Positions 1 through 11,823 of a stretch of DNA of 64,000 bases are shown piece by piece. The translations under genes were made by a program, and so were the position numbers. The DNA is taken from assembly GCF_006345805.1 (NCBI RefSeq), contig NC_043003.1, forward strand, positions 84,382,001 through 84,446,000, given 5' to 3'. The notes beneath the pieces are model-generated. The model did no database searches and was not told the DNA's origin. It saw nothing but the letters and a program-made list of their open reading frames with translations. The stretch's first letter is position 1. Each line of letters starts with the position of its first letter. The DNA is from Octopus sinensis (Eukaryota).

Positions 1-1149
1 TTTGAGTCCTACTTCAAGTCAATACATCGATTCATAATTAACAATCAAGCGAAGTTGAAAATAATAAGCTTAAAACTATGTCTGGTGATAAACACAGAAC
101 TGCAATGATACGAAATTGAAACAGTAAAGAAGAAAACTAGAAGCAGGAAAAAAAAACAAATATAAAAAAAAGAAGCAAAATACACAAGATCTAAAATCGA
201 ATCATCAGTCTTTTCATAGCTACAGAATGACCTAATTTTGCTTAAGTACAAATGAAAAGGAAGCAAAATCTAAAACTATCTCGAAGCAAACTAACTCAAA
301 TCGATCAGGGTTATATATCGTCTCGAATTTATGTTGGATTAAGAGGCTGAATTACTCAGTGGATCATAATAATACTATGTTCATTTATCATAAGATTTAT
401 CTAGTGTAATGCATACTGGGTAGTTCTTCGTGTTCCCTTAGCGACAAGTCAATGAAAGACTTGTTTGATAATTTAGCCAGTATACTCTAAAATAACTACC
501 TAATTTTCTTAGAGTTTAGTGACATAAAGATCTTTTGGTCAGAAATACGCCTTCATTTTTTTCCAAAATATGTGAGCGGACGCCTCCTTTTTAGAAATGT
601 TTATCCTTAATTTTCACAACATTATAGAAAATTATATTTGAATTACTTCTGAAAATACACAGCCATTTTAAAAATTAGATTTTTTTCCCAAAAGAGCAAA
701 AACACCATCTGAATACTGACACGGTTCAATTTGTCAATAAGCATAACAAATTATGTTTGATTTTCAATAAGGCTTAATGAAGCAAACATTTTCTGGGCAA
801 ATATCCCAAGTTTTCAAAGGTTTCGGTGTAGGTCCTTGACATGTTAGCTCTGCCTAATAAGATAGCGTTGATGATGACAGAGATTATGAAGCTGACGGAA
901 ACGACGACGATGACGACGTTAGCCACAATGATGAAAATGAGCAAAGTACTAATATGCTAACACCGTTTCCAATGATTTTATCAATGTACGAGCAAAAGCC
1001 CCGCCCCGCCCCGCGTCCAATCGACGGTGCTGAGTTGTCAAACATTTAAACCAAATTTTCTCAAAACAACTTGTCCGACCGTCTCATAGGCCTCCCGTTT
1101 GAGAAACACTGATTTAACCTAAATTTGAGACCCCAGCAAAAGAAGAAAT

Positions 1150-1349
1150 AAAGATAAACTTTTTTCTATTCCAAAGAATGCTTTATAGATCGCATTCTCA
1201 CCTGGAATCGATTTTTGTAATTTTTTTCAAGACTTATACATGCCCTGATACCGTCGGTATCTACATATCAAATTTGAGCGCAATGGGATGGAGGATGCCC
1301 GAGATCATACAAGACACACACACAGACAGAACGGATTTTATATAATAGA
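1150..1349 (-). mobile_element. Possible non-autonomous Helitron-like 5' end fragment
   Basis: The minus strand reads A^TCTATTATATAAAATCCGTTCTGTCTGTGTGTG...GCGCTCAAATTTGATATG. The A^TC start, TATAAAA and short (CTGT)/(TG) run resemble Lep1-type Helitron 5' ends. No clear CTAG 3' end was found. Confidence 0.35.
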
Positions 1350-1734
1350 TGTGTATTAGCAGTCTATTATAGATATACAATCTTTAAAAGGGATAAAGTA
1401 AACAATGTAATCTTTATTCTAACATTACCAGTTATTCCTATTTCAGATACACTGAACAAACTTCTGCCTACACGGACTATATCTTGACACTTGGACATCA
1501 TGTAGTAGATGATTAGCCACAACTCAGTCCTGTTTAGACAGATCTGACATCAAAGGCTTTCCTGTCATAACCACCTCTCCTTTTCCGTGGACAATGTACC
1601 CCGAACTACATTTTCTAATGAGACCTTTAATTTTGTTAAAGACGGCTGAGTATAATTTGAGGTAGATTTTATTATCATATCTGTAAGGATTCCCTCTTTG
1701 TTGCATACTTGCGTTTTGACCTTGTAGTAGGAGC

Positions 1735-1915
1735 ACTCCGTCGGTTGCGACGATGAGGGTCCCAGCTGATACGATCAACGGAACAGCTTGCTCGTGATAT
1801 TAACGTGCAAGTGGCTGAGCACTCCACAGACACGTGTACCCTTAACGTAGTTCTCGGGGAGAATCAGCGTGACACAGAGTGTGACAAGGCTGGCCCTTTG
1901 AAATACAGGTACAAG
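1735..1915 (+). mobile_element. Interspersed repeat (SINE-like) fragment
   Basis: GAGCACTCCGTCGG...AACGTGCAAGTGGCTGAGCACTCCACAGA...; a degenerate relative lies at ~12290-12375. Confidence 0.4.
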
Positions 1916-1939
1916 AAAAACAAGAAGAAAGAGCGGGAG

Positions 1940-2105
1940 AAAGTTGTGGAGTACAGCAGGGTTCACCACCACCCCCTGCCGGAGCCTCGTGGAGCTTTAG
2001 GTGTTTTCGCTCAATAAACACTCACAATGCCCGGTCTGGGAATCGAAACCGCGATCCTCTGACCGTGAGTCCGCTGCCCTAACCACTGGGCCATTGCGCC
2101 TCCAC
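1940..2105 (-). mobile_element. tRNA-derived SINE (family D), 5' part
   Basis: Minus strand GTGGAGGCGCAATGGCCCAGTGGTTAGGGCAGCGG...GGTTTCGATTCCCAGACCGGGC has Pol III A box TGGCCCAGTGG and a B-box-like GGTTTCGATTCC, followed by a non-tRNA body. Confidence 0.75.
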
Positions 2106-2453
2106 TTTGACCTTATATGCTGAATACAGATATTACAAATGATCCTGATATGTGGGGTAATAGAAATCTGCAACAATTTCTTAAGATATATTTAAAGGAG
2201 CAACAAGAGGCTTTCCTTCAACCACGCAACTAAGCAAATGGCCAGTCAAAATTAAATTTAAAAGAAAATAAAACATATACACACACACACACACATGCAT
2301 ACAAACATACATATCCATACATGTATGTGTATGTATGTGTGTATATATATATATATATAGACACATATATACTTACATACCAACCTACCTACCTACCTAC
2401 CTACCTACCTACATACATACATACATACATATTTACATACATACATACATACA

Positions 2454-2487
<34 letters not shown>

Positions 2488-3241
2488 CAAACAAACAAAA
2501 TGATAATCTGTATTATGGCCAACAGGTCATCTTGGTTTTATGTTTTCAGAAGCCTTTGTTTATTTCAATACTTTCAATCATTTTTATTCGACATATATTC
2601 ATTTTATAATCCAATTCCTTTCCGGTGATGAAGAGCACTTTTAATGCTATAATTGTACATTATATACAGCAGCGGAAACTCCATACAGTAATCCAATCAA
2701 ATACTCTTCGACGTCCAGCATTGTCCTATGCGCAAATGCTACTTATTTAATGATATTTATTTAATATTGATGCATTTTTGACAACTTACATTAAAAATAA
2801 CCATGACGTATCTAAAATTATTGCAGCCTGTGAAACGCACAACGACATTATATATTTCCTAATTAGTTACAAAAGAATATACTATTAGATGATATATGCC
2901 AAGTTGTTCTATGCCATTCTAATACTTTAATTCTTTGAGTGGCCTTGTGCCAATAGAAGGAATCATTATTTAAGATTTCTCTTTCTGCAAACAACACGAA
3001 AATTTTTTTAAAAATGGAAGAAACCAGACAATAACGAAAATGTCAGTAAGAAAGATGTGTGTACATGTGTGTGTGCGTGTGTTGAACGGATGTTTGGGAA
3101 AGGGAGATAACAGAAAAGAGACAGAAAAGGAGGCCATATAAAAGAGAGAAACAAGAAAAGAAGCCATATTACAAAACAAAAGTGAGGGACATGTTATCTC
3201 TTATGTCTAGATTATGATAAACATACTTGTACATGCAAACA

Positions 3242-3300
<59 letters not shown>

Positions 3301-3305
3301 ATATA

Positions 3306-3477
3306 TAAGGAAAAATTTTTTAAAAAATGCAGAATGCTCAAATGAAAGAAAATTTTAATAAAATGAGAAAATGATAAAAAATATATAAATATATATATTA
3401 TATATTTTATCATTTTCTCATTTTATTAAAATTTTCTTTCATTTGAGCATTCTGCATTTAAAAAAAAATTTTCCTTA
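3306..3477. repeat. Inverted repeat with ~73-bp arms and a TA-rich spacer
   Basis: Arm 3306-3380 is the reverse complement of 3405-3477 apart from homopolymer lengths. The left arm abuts a (TA)n tract. Confidence 0.9.
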
Positions 3478-3523
3478 CTATCATTTCTCCACGTGCGGTC
3501 AACACAACCCCACCATTTATTGA

Positions 3524-3576
<53 letters not shown>

Positions 3577-3899
3577 TGTGTCTGGTGTGTGTGGTGTGTG
3601 TGTGTATCTATATGTACACACACATATATATATATATTAAATATATATATATATGTGTGTGTCTGTGTGTGTGTCTGTGTATCTATATGTACACACACAT
3701 ATATATATATATTAAATATATATATATATGTGTGTGCCAAGCTTAATTCTATTTATCAACGTCTATATGTGCATACATGTACTTAGTTTTATATACATTT
3801 ATATACACATACAAGCATCAATATGAATAAATATATATTTACGCATACATGTATATGCATATGTATTATATACATGCATACACAAACGTGTACCTTCTT

Positions 3900-4086
3900 T
3901 TATTCTCTTACTGGCTTCAATCATTTTACTGCAGAAATGTTGGAGCACCGCCTTTACTCGAAGAGATCGACGCTAGGACTTATTCTTTGTAAGCTTAGTA
4001 CTTATTCTATCGGTCACATTTGCTGAAGTGGGCAAGAACCCGGAACCATGTAGTTGGGAAGCAAGCTTCTTACCACACAGCCACTC
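3900..4086 (-). mobile_element. SINE family A, internally deleted copy
   Basis: The 3' tail (GGAGCACCGCC, AGTACTTATTCTATCGG) is joined directly to the tRNA head (CTTACCACACAGCCACTC); the middle present in the copy at 31090 is missing. Confidence 0.7.
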
Positions 4087-4326
4087 AAGACTGCCATATT
4101 AGTATGGCGATAACTATTAATATATATATATATATATATTATATAAAAGGGCTTAGTAAAATAAATTACTTTGCCGCATACTGAACTCATTAGAAATAGC
4201 AGCTAAAAAACTTTTTTAAGGCTATTTCTAATACTTAAGAAAAATCTCTCTCATATATAGTGTTTGCATAATTTAACTCAAAAGTTTGGGGGTAATGACA
4301 TCGAAAAATCAAATGCTAAGGTTATT

Positions 4327-4378
4327 CGAGAACGTACGTTTCAAGATTAGTCAAAACAACATTTCTATCATCGGCTCG
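4327..4378 (-). ncRNA. Type I hammerhead-like motif in the inverted array unit
   Basis: Reverse complement of the motif described at 5075-5126. Confidence 0.45.
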
Positions 4379-5074
4379 GAAATTCCTTGGTTTGGATTTG
4401 GAGACACTGAAAATAAGAACATACCCTCTCGAAGATTGCTCCCCAACTAACAGTGCCAGCAAATTCAAAATAAGCAAGCGAAGAATCTCTGTTCTCCCCT
4501 TTCCACCAGCGTGGGTTAAAATCATCAAACTCTATGCTTATTTCGGTAAAGTCCGAAGCATTAATCAGAGGGAGATTAATTATAATTTCAACAATTGAGG
4601 GCAAAATTAATTAATTATTAATCAATTTCACAAGTGTTCAGTATGCAAAGGGACCATTCAAGGCGAATTCAAATTATTACATTATATAAAAGGGCTTAGT
4701 AAAATAAATTACTTTCTAATGAGTTCAGTATGCGGCAAAGTAATTTATTACTAAGCCCTTTTATATAATGTAATAATTTGAATTCGCTTGAATGGTCCCT
4801 TTGCATACTGAAACACTTGTGTGAAATTGATTAATAATTAATAATTTTGCCCTCAATTGATGAAATTATAATTAATTCCCCTCTGATTAATGCTTCGGAC
4901 TTACCGAAATAAGCATAGAGTTTGATGATTTTAACCCACGCTGGTGGAAAGGGGAGAACAGAGATTCTTCGCTTGCTTATTTTGAATTTGCTGGCACTGT
5001 TAGTTGGGAGCAGATCTTCGAGAGGGTATGTTCTTATTTTCAGTGTCTCAAATCCAAACCAAGGAAGGAATTTC

Positions 5075-5126
5075 CGAGCCGATGATAGAAATGTTGTTTT
5101 GACTAATCTTGAAACGTACGTTCTCG
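5075..5126 (+). ncRNA. Type I hammerhead-like motif, repeated at ~5611, 6146, 6688, 7234 and 7777
   Basis: CGAG | CCGATGA | stem II region | GAAA | palindromic ACGTACGT | T | CTCG. Stem I is CGAG/CTCG and the cleavage triplet is GUU. Deviations: U4 is C and stem II is weak. Confidence 0.5.
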
Positions 5127-8111
5127 AATAAACTTAGCATTTGATTTTTCGATGTCATTACCCCCAAACTTTTGTGAGTTAAATTATGCAAACATATAGA
5201 GAGAGAGATTTTCTTTAAGTATTAGAAATAGCCTTAAAAAAGTTTTTTAGCTGCTATTTCTAATGAGTTCAGTATGCGGCAAAGTAATTTATTTTACTAA
5301 GCCCTTTTATATAATGTAATAATTTGAATTCGCCTTGAATGGTCCCTTTGCATACTGAACACTGGTGAATTGATTAATAATTAATAATTTTGCCCTCAAT
5401 TGTTGAAATTATTAATAATCTCCCTCTGATTAATGCTTCGGACTTTACCGAAATAAGCATAGAGTTTGATGATTTTAACCCACGCTGGTGGAAAGGGGAG
5501 AACAGAGATTCTTCGCTTGCTTATTTTGAATTTGCTGGCACTGTTAGTTGGAGCAGATCTTCGAGAGGGTATGTCTATATTTCGTGTCTCAAATCCAAAC
5601 CAAGGAATTTCGAGGCCGATGATAGAAATGTTGTTTTGACTAATCTTGAAACGTACGTTCTCGAATAACCTTAGCATTTGATTTTTCGATGTCATTACCC
5701 CCAAACTTTTGTGAGTTAAATTATGCAAACACTATATATGAGAGAGATTTTCTTTAGTATTAGAAATAGCCTTAAAAAAGTTTTTAGCTGCTATTCTAAT
5801 GAGTTCAGTATGCGGCAAAGTAATTATTTTACTAAGCCCTTTTATATAATGTCATAATTTGAATTCGCCTGAATGGTCCTTTGCATATGAACACTTGGTG
5901 AAATTGATTAATAATTAATTAATTTTGCCCTCAATTGTTGAAATATAATTAATCCCCTCTGATTATGCTTCGGACTTTACCGAAATAGCATAGAGTTTGA
6001 TGATTTTAACCCACGCTGGTGGAAAGGGGAGAACAGAGATTCTTCGCTTGCTTATTTTGAATTTGCTGGCACTGTTAGTGGGAGCAGATCTTCGAGAGGG
6101 TATGTTCTTATTTTCAGTGTCTCCAAATCCAAACCAAGGAATTTCCGAGCCGATGAATAGAAAATGTTGTTTTGACTAATCTTGAAACGTACGTTCTCGA
6201 ATAACCTTAGCATTTGATTTTTCGATGTCATACCCCCAAACTTTTGTGAGTTAAATTATGCCAAACACTATATATGAGAGAGATTTTCTTAAGTATTAGA
6301 AATAGCCTTAAAAAGTTTTTAGCTGCTATTTCTAATGAGTTCAGTATGCGGCAAAGTAATTTATTTTACTAAGCCTTTTATATAATGTAATAATTTGAAT
6401 TCGCCTTGAATGGTCCCTTTGCATACTGAACACTTGGTGAAATTGATTAATAATTAATTAATTTTGCCCTCAATTGTTGAAATTATAATTAATCTCCCTC
6501 TGATTAATGCTTCGGACTTTACCGAAATAAGCATAGAGTTTGATGATTTTAACCCACGCTGGTGGAAAGGGGAGAACAGAGATTCTTCGCTTGCTTATTT
6601 TGAATTTGCTGGCACTGTAGTTGGGAGCAGATCTTCGAGAGGGTATGTTCTTATTTTCAGTGTCCCAAATCCAAACCAAGGAATTTCCGAGCCGATGATA
6701 GAAATGTTGTTTTGACTAATCTTGAAACGTACGTTCTCGAATAACCTTAGCATTTGATTTTTCGATGTCATTACCCCCAAACTTTTGTGAGTTAATTATG
6801 CAAACACTATATATGAGAGAGATTTTCTTTAAGTATTAGAAATAGCCTTAAAAAAGTTTTTTAGCTGCTATTTCTAATGAGTTCAGTATGCGGCAAAGTT
6901 AATTTATTTTACTAAGCCCTTTTATATAATGTAATAATTTGAATTCGCCTTGAATGGTCCCTTTGCATACTGAACACTTGGTGAAATTGATTAATAATTA
7001 ATTAATTTTGCCCTCAATTGTTGAAATTATAATTAATCTCCCTCTGATTAATGCTTCGGACTTTACCGAAATAAGCATAGAGTTTGATGATTTTAACCCA
7101 CGCTGGTGGAAAGGGGAGAACAGAGATTCTTCGCTTGCTTATTTTGAATTTGCTGGCACTGTTAGTTGGGAGCAGATCTTCGAGAGGGTATGTTCTTATT
7201 TTCAGTGTCTCCAAATCCAAACCAAGGAATTTCCGAGCCGATGATAGAAATGTTGTTTTGACTATCTTGAAACGTACGTTCTCGAATAACCTTAGCATTT
7301 GATTTTTCGATGTCATTACCCCCAAACTTTTGTGAGTTAAATTATGCAAACACTATATATGAGAGAGATTTTCTTTAAGTATTAGAAATAGCCTTAAAAA
7401 AGTTTTTTAGCTGCTATTTCTAATGAGTTCAGTATGCGGCAAAGTAATTATTTTACTAAGCCCTTTTATATAATGTAATAATTTGAATTCGCCTTGAATG
7501 GTCCCTTTGCATACTGAACACTTGGTGAAATTGATTAATAATTAATTAATTTTGCCCTCATTGTTGAAATTATAATTAATCTCCCTCTGATTAATGCTTC
7601 GGACTTTACCGAAATAAGCATAGAGTTTGATGATTTTAACCCACGCTGGTGGAAAGGGGAGAACAGAGATTCTTCGCTTGCTTATTTTGAATTTGCTGGC
7701 ACTGTTAGTTGGGAGCAGATCTTCGAGAGGGTATGTTCTTATTTTCAGTGTCTCCAAATCCAAACCAAGGAATTTCCGAGCCGATGATAGAAATGTTGTT
7801 TTGACTAATCTTGAAACGTACGTTCTCGAATAACCTTAGCATTTGATTTTTCGATGTCATTACCCCCAAACTTTTGTGAGTTAAATTATGCAAACACTAT
7901 ATATGAGAGAGATTTTCTTTAAGTATTAGAAATAGCCTTAAAAAAGTTTTTAGCTGCTATTTCTAATGAGTTCAGTATGCGGCAAAGTAATTTATTTTAC
8001 TAAGCCCTTTTATATAATGTAATAATTTGAATTCGCCTTGAATGGTCCCTTTGCATACTGAACACTTGGTGAAATTGATTAATAATTAATTAATTTTGCC
8101 CTCAATTGTTG

Positions 8112-8118
<7 letters not shown>

Positions 8119-8164
<46 letters not shown>

Positions 8165-8464
8165 ACACATATACATATATACATATACACACATATACAT
8201 ATATACACATATACATATATACATATACATATTGACATATATATATATACACACACATATATATACACGTATATACACAGGTATATATATATACACGTAT
8301 ACATATACGTATATATATATGTTACATATATATGTATATGTATATATGTATACGTACGTATGTATATACGTATACGTATATATATATGTATACGCATGTA
8401 TATATACGTATATATATACGTATACGTGTATATATATGTATACGTGTATATATATGTATACGTG

Positions 8465-8503
<39 letters not shown>

Positions 8504-8760
8504 GTATATATATACATATATATATACGTAGATGTATGTATATATATATATATATACGTATATGTATACATATATATATACGTATATGTATACATATATG
8601 TATATACACGTATGTATGTGTGTGTGTATATTTGTGTGTATTTTATATATATACACACACTTATGTGTGTTTATGTAAATATATAGATATATTTATGTAT
8701 ATGTGTACTCATACACACATTTATACATATATATATGACTACTTGTATGTCTGTAAATAT
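8119..8760. repeat. (TA)n/(CA)n/(TG)n compound microsatellite
   Basis: Direct inspection. It explains the Y/I/H/T-rich ORFs called here. Confidence 0.95.
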
Positions 8761-9061
8761 GTGAATGCATAATACAGCGATTGTGTTCATGTTCATAATA
8801 CATTGCGTAGAGATTATGTATGAATTCATAGATTCTAAGTGTATGTGTATTCCAGCGAGTGCGCATACACTCAGTGAGTTCGCGCTTGTAATACCCTGTA
8901 CCTCTCTTTGTGCGTGTATGTTATTCTTGTGAGAGTGAAACAGTGTAAAAGAAGCAGCTGCCAAACAAGTAGACAGTAGTAGATAGTAAAACATTAATAT
9001 GTCAAGATAATACATACATACATATATATATATATATAATAGAAGACAGACAGATAGATAG

Positions 9062-9092
<31 letters not shown>

Positions 9093-9499
9093 CAGAGGTG
9101 TGTGTGTTAAAATTATATATATATATATATAAGGTGGGAGACTATACCAAATATAGTTAGGGGAAATGGAGCAACCCTGCTTGCGTCTGTAAACTGAAGA
9201 ACAAAAAGTTATGCGACGGTTTTCGTTCTTAGGGTCAGTTTGAATTTGAATCAATGAGGTTCTTTTATTGACGTATGTTGGAGGCTTTCCTATATCAGGT
9301 GCACTTTGTTATCTTTATATTTACATGCTTTTTATGCTGTGTTTTATTTTATCTCATTTCTCCCGCCTGCTCCCTTTTATTTTTTTATTTTTCTGACCCT
9401 ATTTTATGGAAGACCCATCCCTCAACACAAAATGTAAATCTGTCTTTGTAATGTCCCCTTGTTTGACAACCTTATGACAAATATTCTTTCATTATTATT

Positions 9500-9700
9500 T
9501 GTTTCAGTTATTTGACTGCGTCCACGCTGGAGCACCGCGTCGAAGGGTTTTAGTGAAGTAAATTGACCCCAGGACTCTTTTTAACCAAGAACTTACTCTG
9601 TCGGTCTCTTTTGCGGAACTAATAAGTTACTGGGATGTAAACACACCGCCATCGGTTGTCAAGCAATGATGGACTAACACACACACACACACATACAGAG
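9500..9700 (-). mobile_element. SINE family A, degenerate 3' half
   Basis: TGTTTCAGTTATTTGACTGCG...GGAGCACCG...CATCGGTTGTCAAGCAATG matches the copies at 43218 and 50507. Confidence 0.65.
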
Positions 9701-9701
9701 A

Positions 9702-9753
<52 letters not shown>

Positions 9754-9992
9754 GAGAGAGACAGCGAGCGAGGCAATTTTGTGGATAAACAAATTAGATA
9801 CATTAAATATACTAAATATATTATCCTCATAATTGTCTCTGCATCCTCTCAACTTGATCCTTCTTACAGCCATTCTTTACTTTGCAGAATCGATCCCCTG
9901 TAAAGATATCGGAGTCTAAATTTGAATCTTTTGAGCAATACTAAGTGTCTTCTATACTGAAAATCTCTGGTCTCATCTGTGGACTATTTATA

Positions 9993-10140
9993 TCTTATAC
10001 ATAAATGGCAATTTCTGTCTGTCGATCTGTCTGTTGCCAACTTGCTGCGTATACCAGTGAAGTAATCTTGACGAAACTTTTCATGCATGTTAAACTAACA
10101 TCCAGTTCAATTATAGGTTAACCGGATTTGCAATATAAAT
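9993..10140 (+). mobile_element. Possible Helitron-like 5' end fragment
   Basis: A^TCTTATACATAAATGGCAATTTCTGTCTGTC...ATCTTGACGAAACTTTTC has the same style of start as the element ending at 1349. Confidence 0.35.
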
Positions 10141-10449
10141 CTGTAATGGGCGCCCTAGTGGGTGGGGATAATATCTGAGAAAATTAAAAGGGTGCAAAGA
10201 GTGTTTACTCTTGGATAACAAGTCACCACTTATGACCTGAGCTATCGAAGGTCTTTCGAATGATCTTTGCCGTTCTTAATATGCAGCCAGTTGCATATAT
10301 TCTATGTGCTTCTGCAAGCCAACCTTCTCTGTTCACTTATTGAACCTCTTCCTCGTTGTTCTAAGGCTCCAATTCCACGACCTCACTTTTTCTGTGGCCC
10401 TACAATCTGCTTATCTTTCTCTTATCTACCTCGCTGAAATTATTATTAC

Positions 10450-11370
10450 TAAGGCGGCAAGCTGGCAGAATTGTTAGCACGCCGAACGAAATACTTAGCC
10501 GTATTTCACCGGTCGCTACGTTCTGAATTCAAATTTACCTTCCATCCTTTTGAGGTCGATAAAATGAGTACCCCTTGAACACTGGAGTCGATATAATCGA
10601 CTCGTCCCCTCTTCCAAAATGACTGCCCTTGTGGAAAAGTTTGAAACCATTATTATTATTATTTTGCCCAGGTCGACTTGGCCTTATTATTATAATTTTG
10701 CCCAGGTCGACTTTGCCTTATTATTGTTATTAAGGCAGCGATTCGGCAGACTCGTCAGCGCGCTGGGCGAAATGCTTAGCGGTATTTCGTCTGGCACTAT
10801 GTTCTGAGTTCAATTTCCGCCGAAGTCGACTTTGCCTTTCATCCTTTCGGGGTCGACAAATTAAGTACCAGTCACTTACTGGGGTCGATGTAATTGACTA
10901 TCCCCTTACCCACAAATTCCAGGCTTTTTGCCTATAATAGAGGGGATTATTATTATTATTATTATTATTATTAGTAGTAGTAGTATTATTCAAATTCTGC
11001 CGAGGTTGACTTTGCTTTTCATCCTTTCGCGGTCGATGGATTAAGTACCAGTGGCGTATTGAGGTCGGTGTAATCGACCCCCTCTTCCCTAAAATTACTG
11101 GCCTTGTGCCAATAATAAAATAATTATTGCTGTTATTAATATTAGGATGCGCACACGTGTGTTTATTCCCGCATTGGCTGAATCATTAGAGTGTCGGACA
11201 AAATGCTTTGTGACAGTAGTTTCGGTTCTGAAATCAAATCGTCGAAATCAAAGAGATCAACTTTACCTTTAATCCTTCTGAGATCGAAAAATAAAGTACC
11301 ATTCAAATACGGGCTTCTATTATTGATAGCAATCCTATCGAAATTTCTGTCCTTGTACTTATGTTAGAAA
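10450..11370 (+). mobile_element. Head-to-tail cluster of SINE family B copies
   Basis: Repeated GGCGGCAAGCTGGCAGAA...TTCAAATT...GTCGACTTTGCCTTTCATCCTTTCGGGGTCGA...AAGTACCAG blocks at ~10450, 10730, 10990 and 11140, separated by (TAT)n. Confidence 0.8.
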
Positions 11371-11749
11371 TTCTTAGCTTACATCGACGTAAGGCCAACA
11401 ATCTTTCTTCAGTGGTGTAAAAGAGAACGGTCGATTATAGCGACTTCAGTAACTAAAACCACGGAAGGATGAAAGTTAATGTCGATCTGAACAGGGTTTG
11501 AACTCAGAGATGGCTAAATCATTCCACAACACCAACAAGGATTATTATAAATGTATTAGATTTATATTTCGAAACGCAGAGATATTATCCTCGTTTTGGT
11601 AGTTTATCATGATTTGATGAAAATGAGAAAACATTTACAGCCTTAGCTCCAAAAGACCTCGATACCAACTTGATTCTATATAAACATTTATTTATGATAA
11701 TGTTGCAGGATGTGAGAGGAACAAACACACACACACACACGCGCGCGCG

Positions 11750-11823
<74 letters not shown>

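Larger units (their letters stand above)
4138..8119. repeat. ~543-bp tandem array: one inverted unit, six direct units and a partial unit, flanked by (TA)n
   Basis: The marker CTAATGAGTTCAG starts at 4716, 5260, 5796, 6332, 6874, 7420 and 7963 (periods 536-546 bp). Segment 4138-4715 is in the reverse orientation. Confidence 0.95.

Noticed and set aside
860-945. Acidic D/E-rich reading frame
   Set aside because: It is a degenerate (GAT/GAC)n tract preceded by an in-frame stop, with no convincing splice sites.
1940-2105. tRNA-like sequences in SINE heads
   Set aside because: There is no complete cloverleaf or acceptor stem, and they continue into SINE bodies, so they are not functional tRNA genes.
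4714-4745. CTAATGAG...GGCAAAG as a G5A hammerhead core
   Set aside because: There is no GAAA and no consistent stems. The better-formed motif lies ~360 bp further into the unit.
4322-7893. Repeated 60-110 aa ORFs inside the 543-bp array
   Set aside because: They occur on both strands, shift frame between copies and have no recognisable domain.
8086-8772. Long ORFs rich in Y/I/H/T/C/V (also at 16-17, 32-33, 35-36, 38 and 46 kb)
   Set aside because: They are translations of dinucleotide microsatellites, which lack stop codons in several frames.
9194-9230. CTGAAGA...GCGACGG possible decayed hammerhead (also GTGATGAAGAGCA...TGCT at ~2626)
   Set aside because: The GAAA is missing, so they are too degenerate to support.
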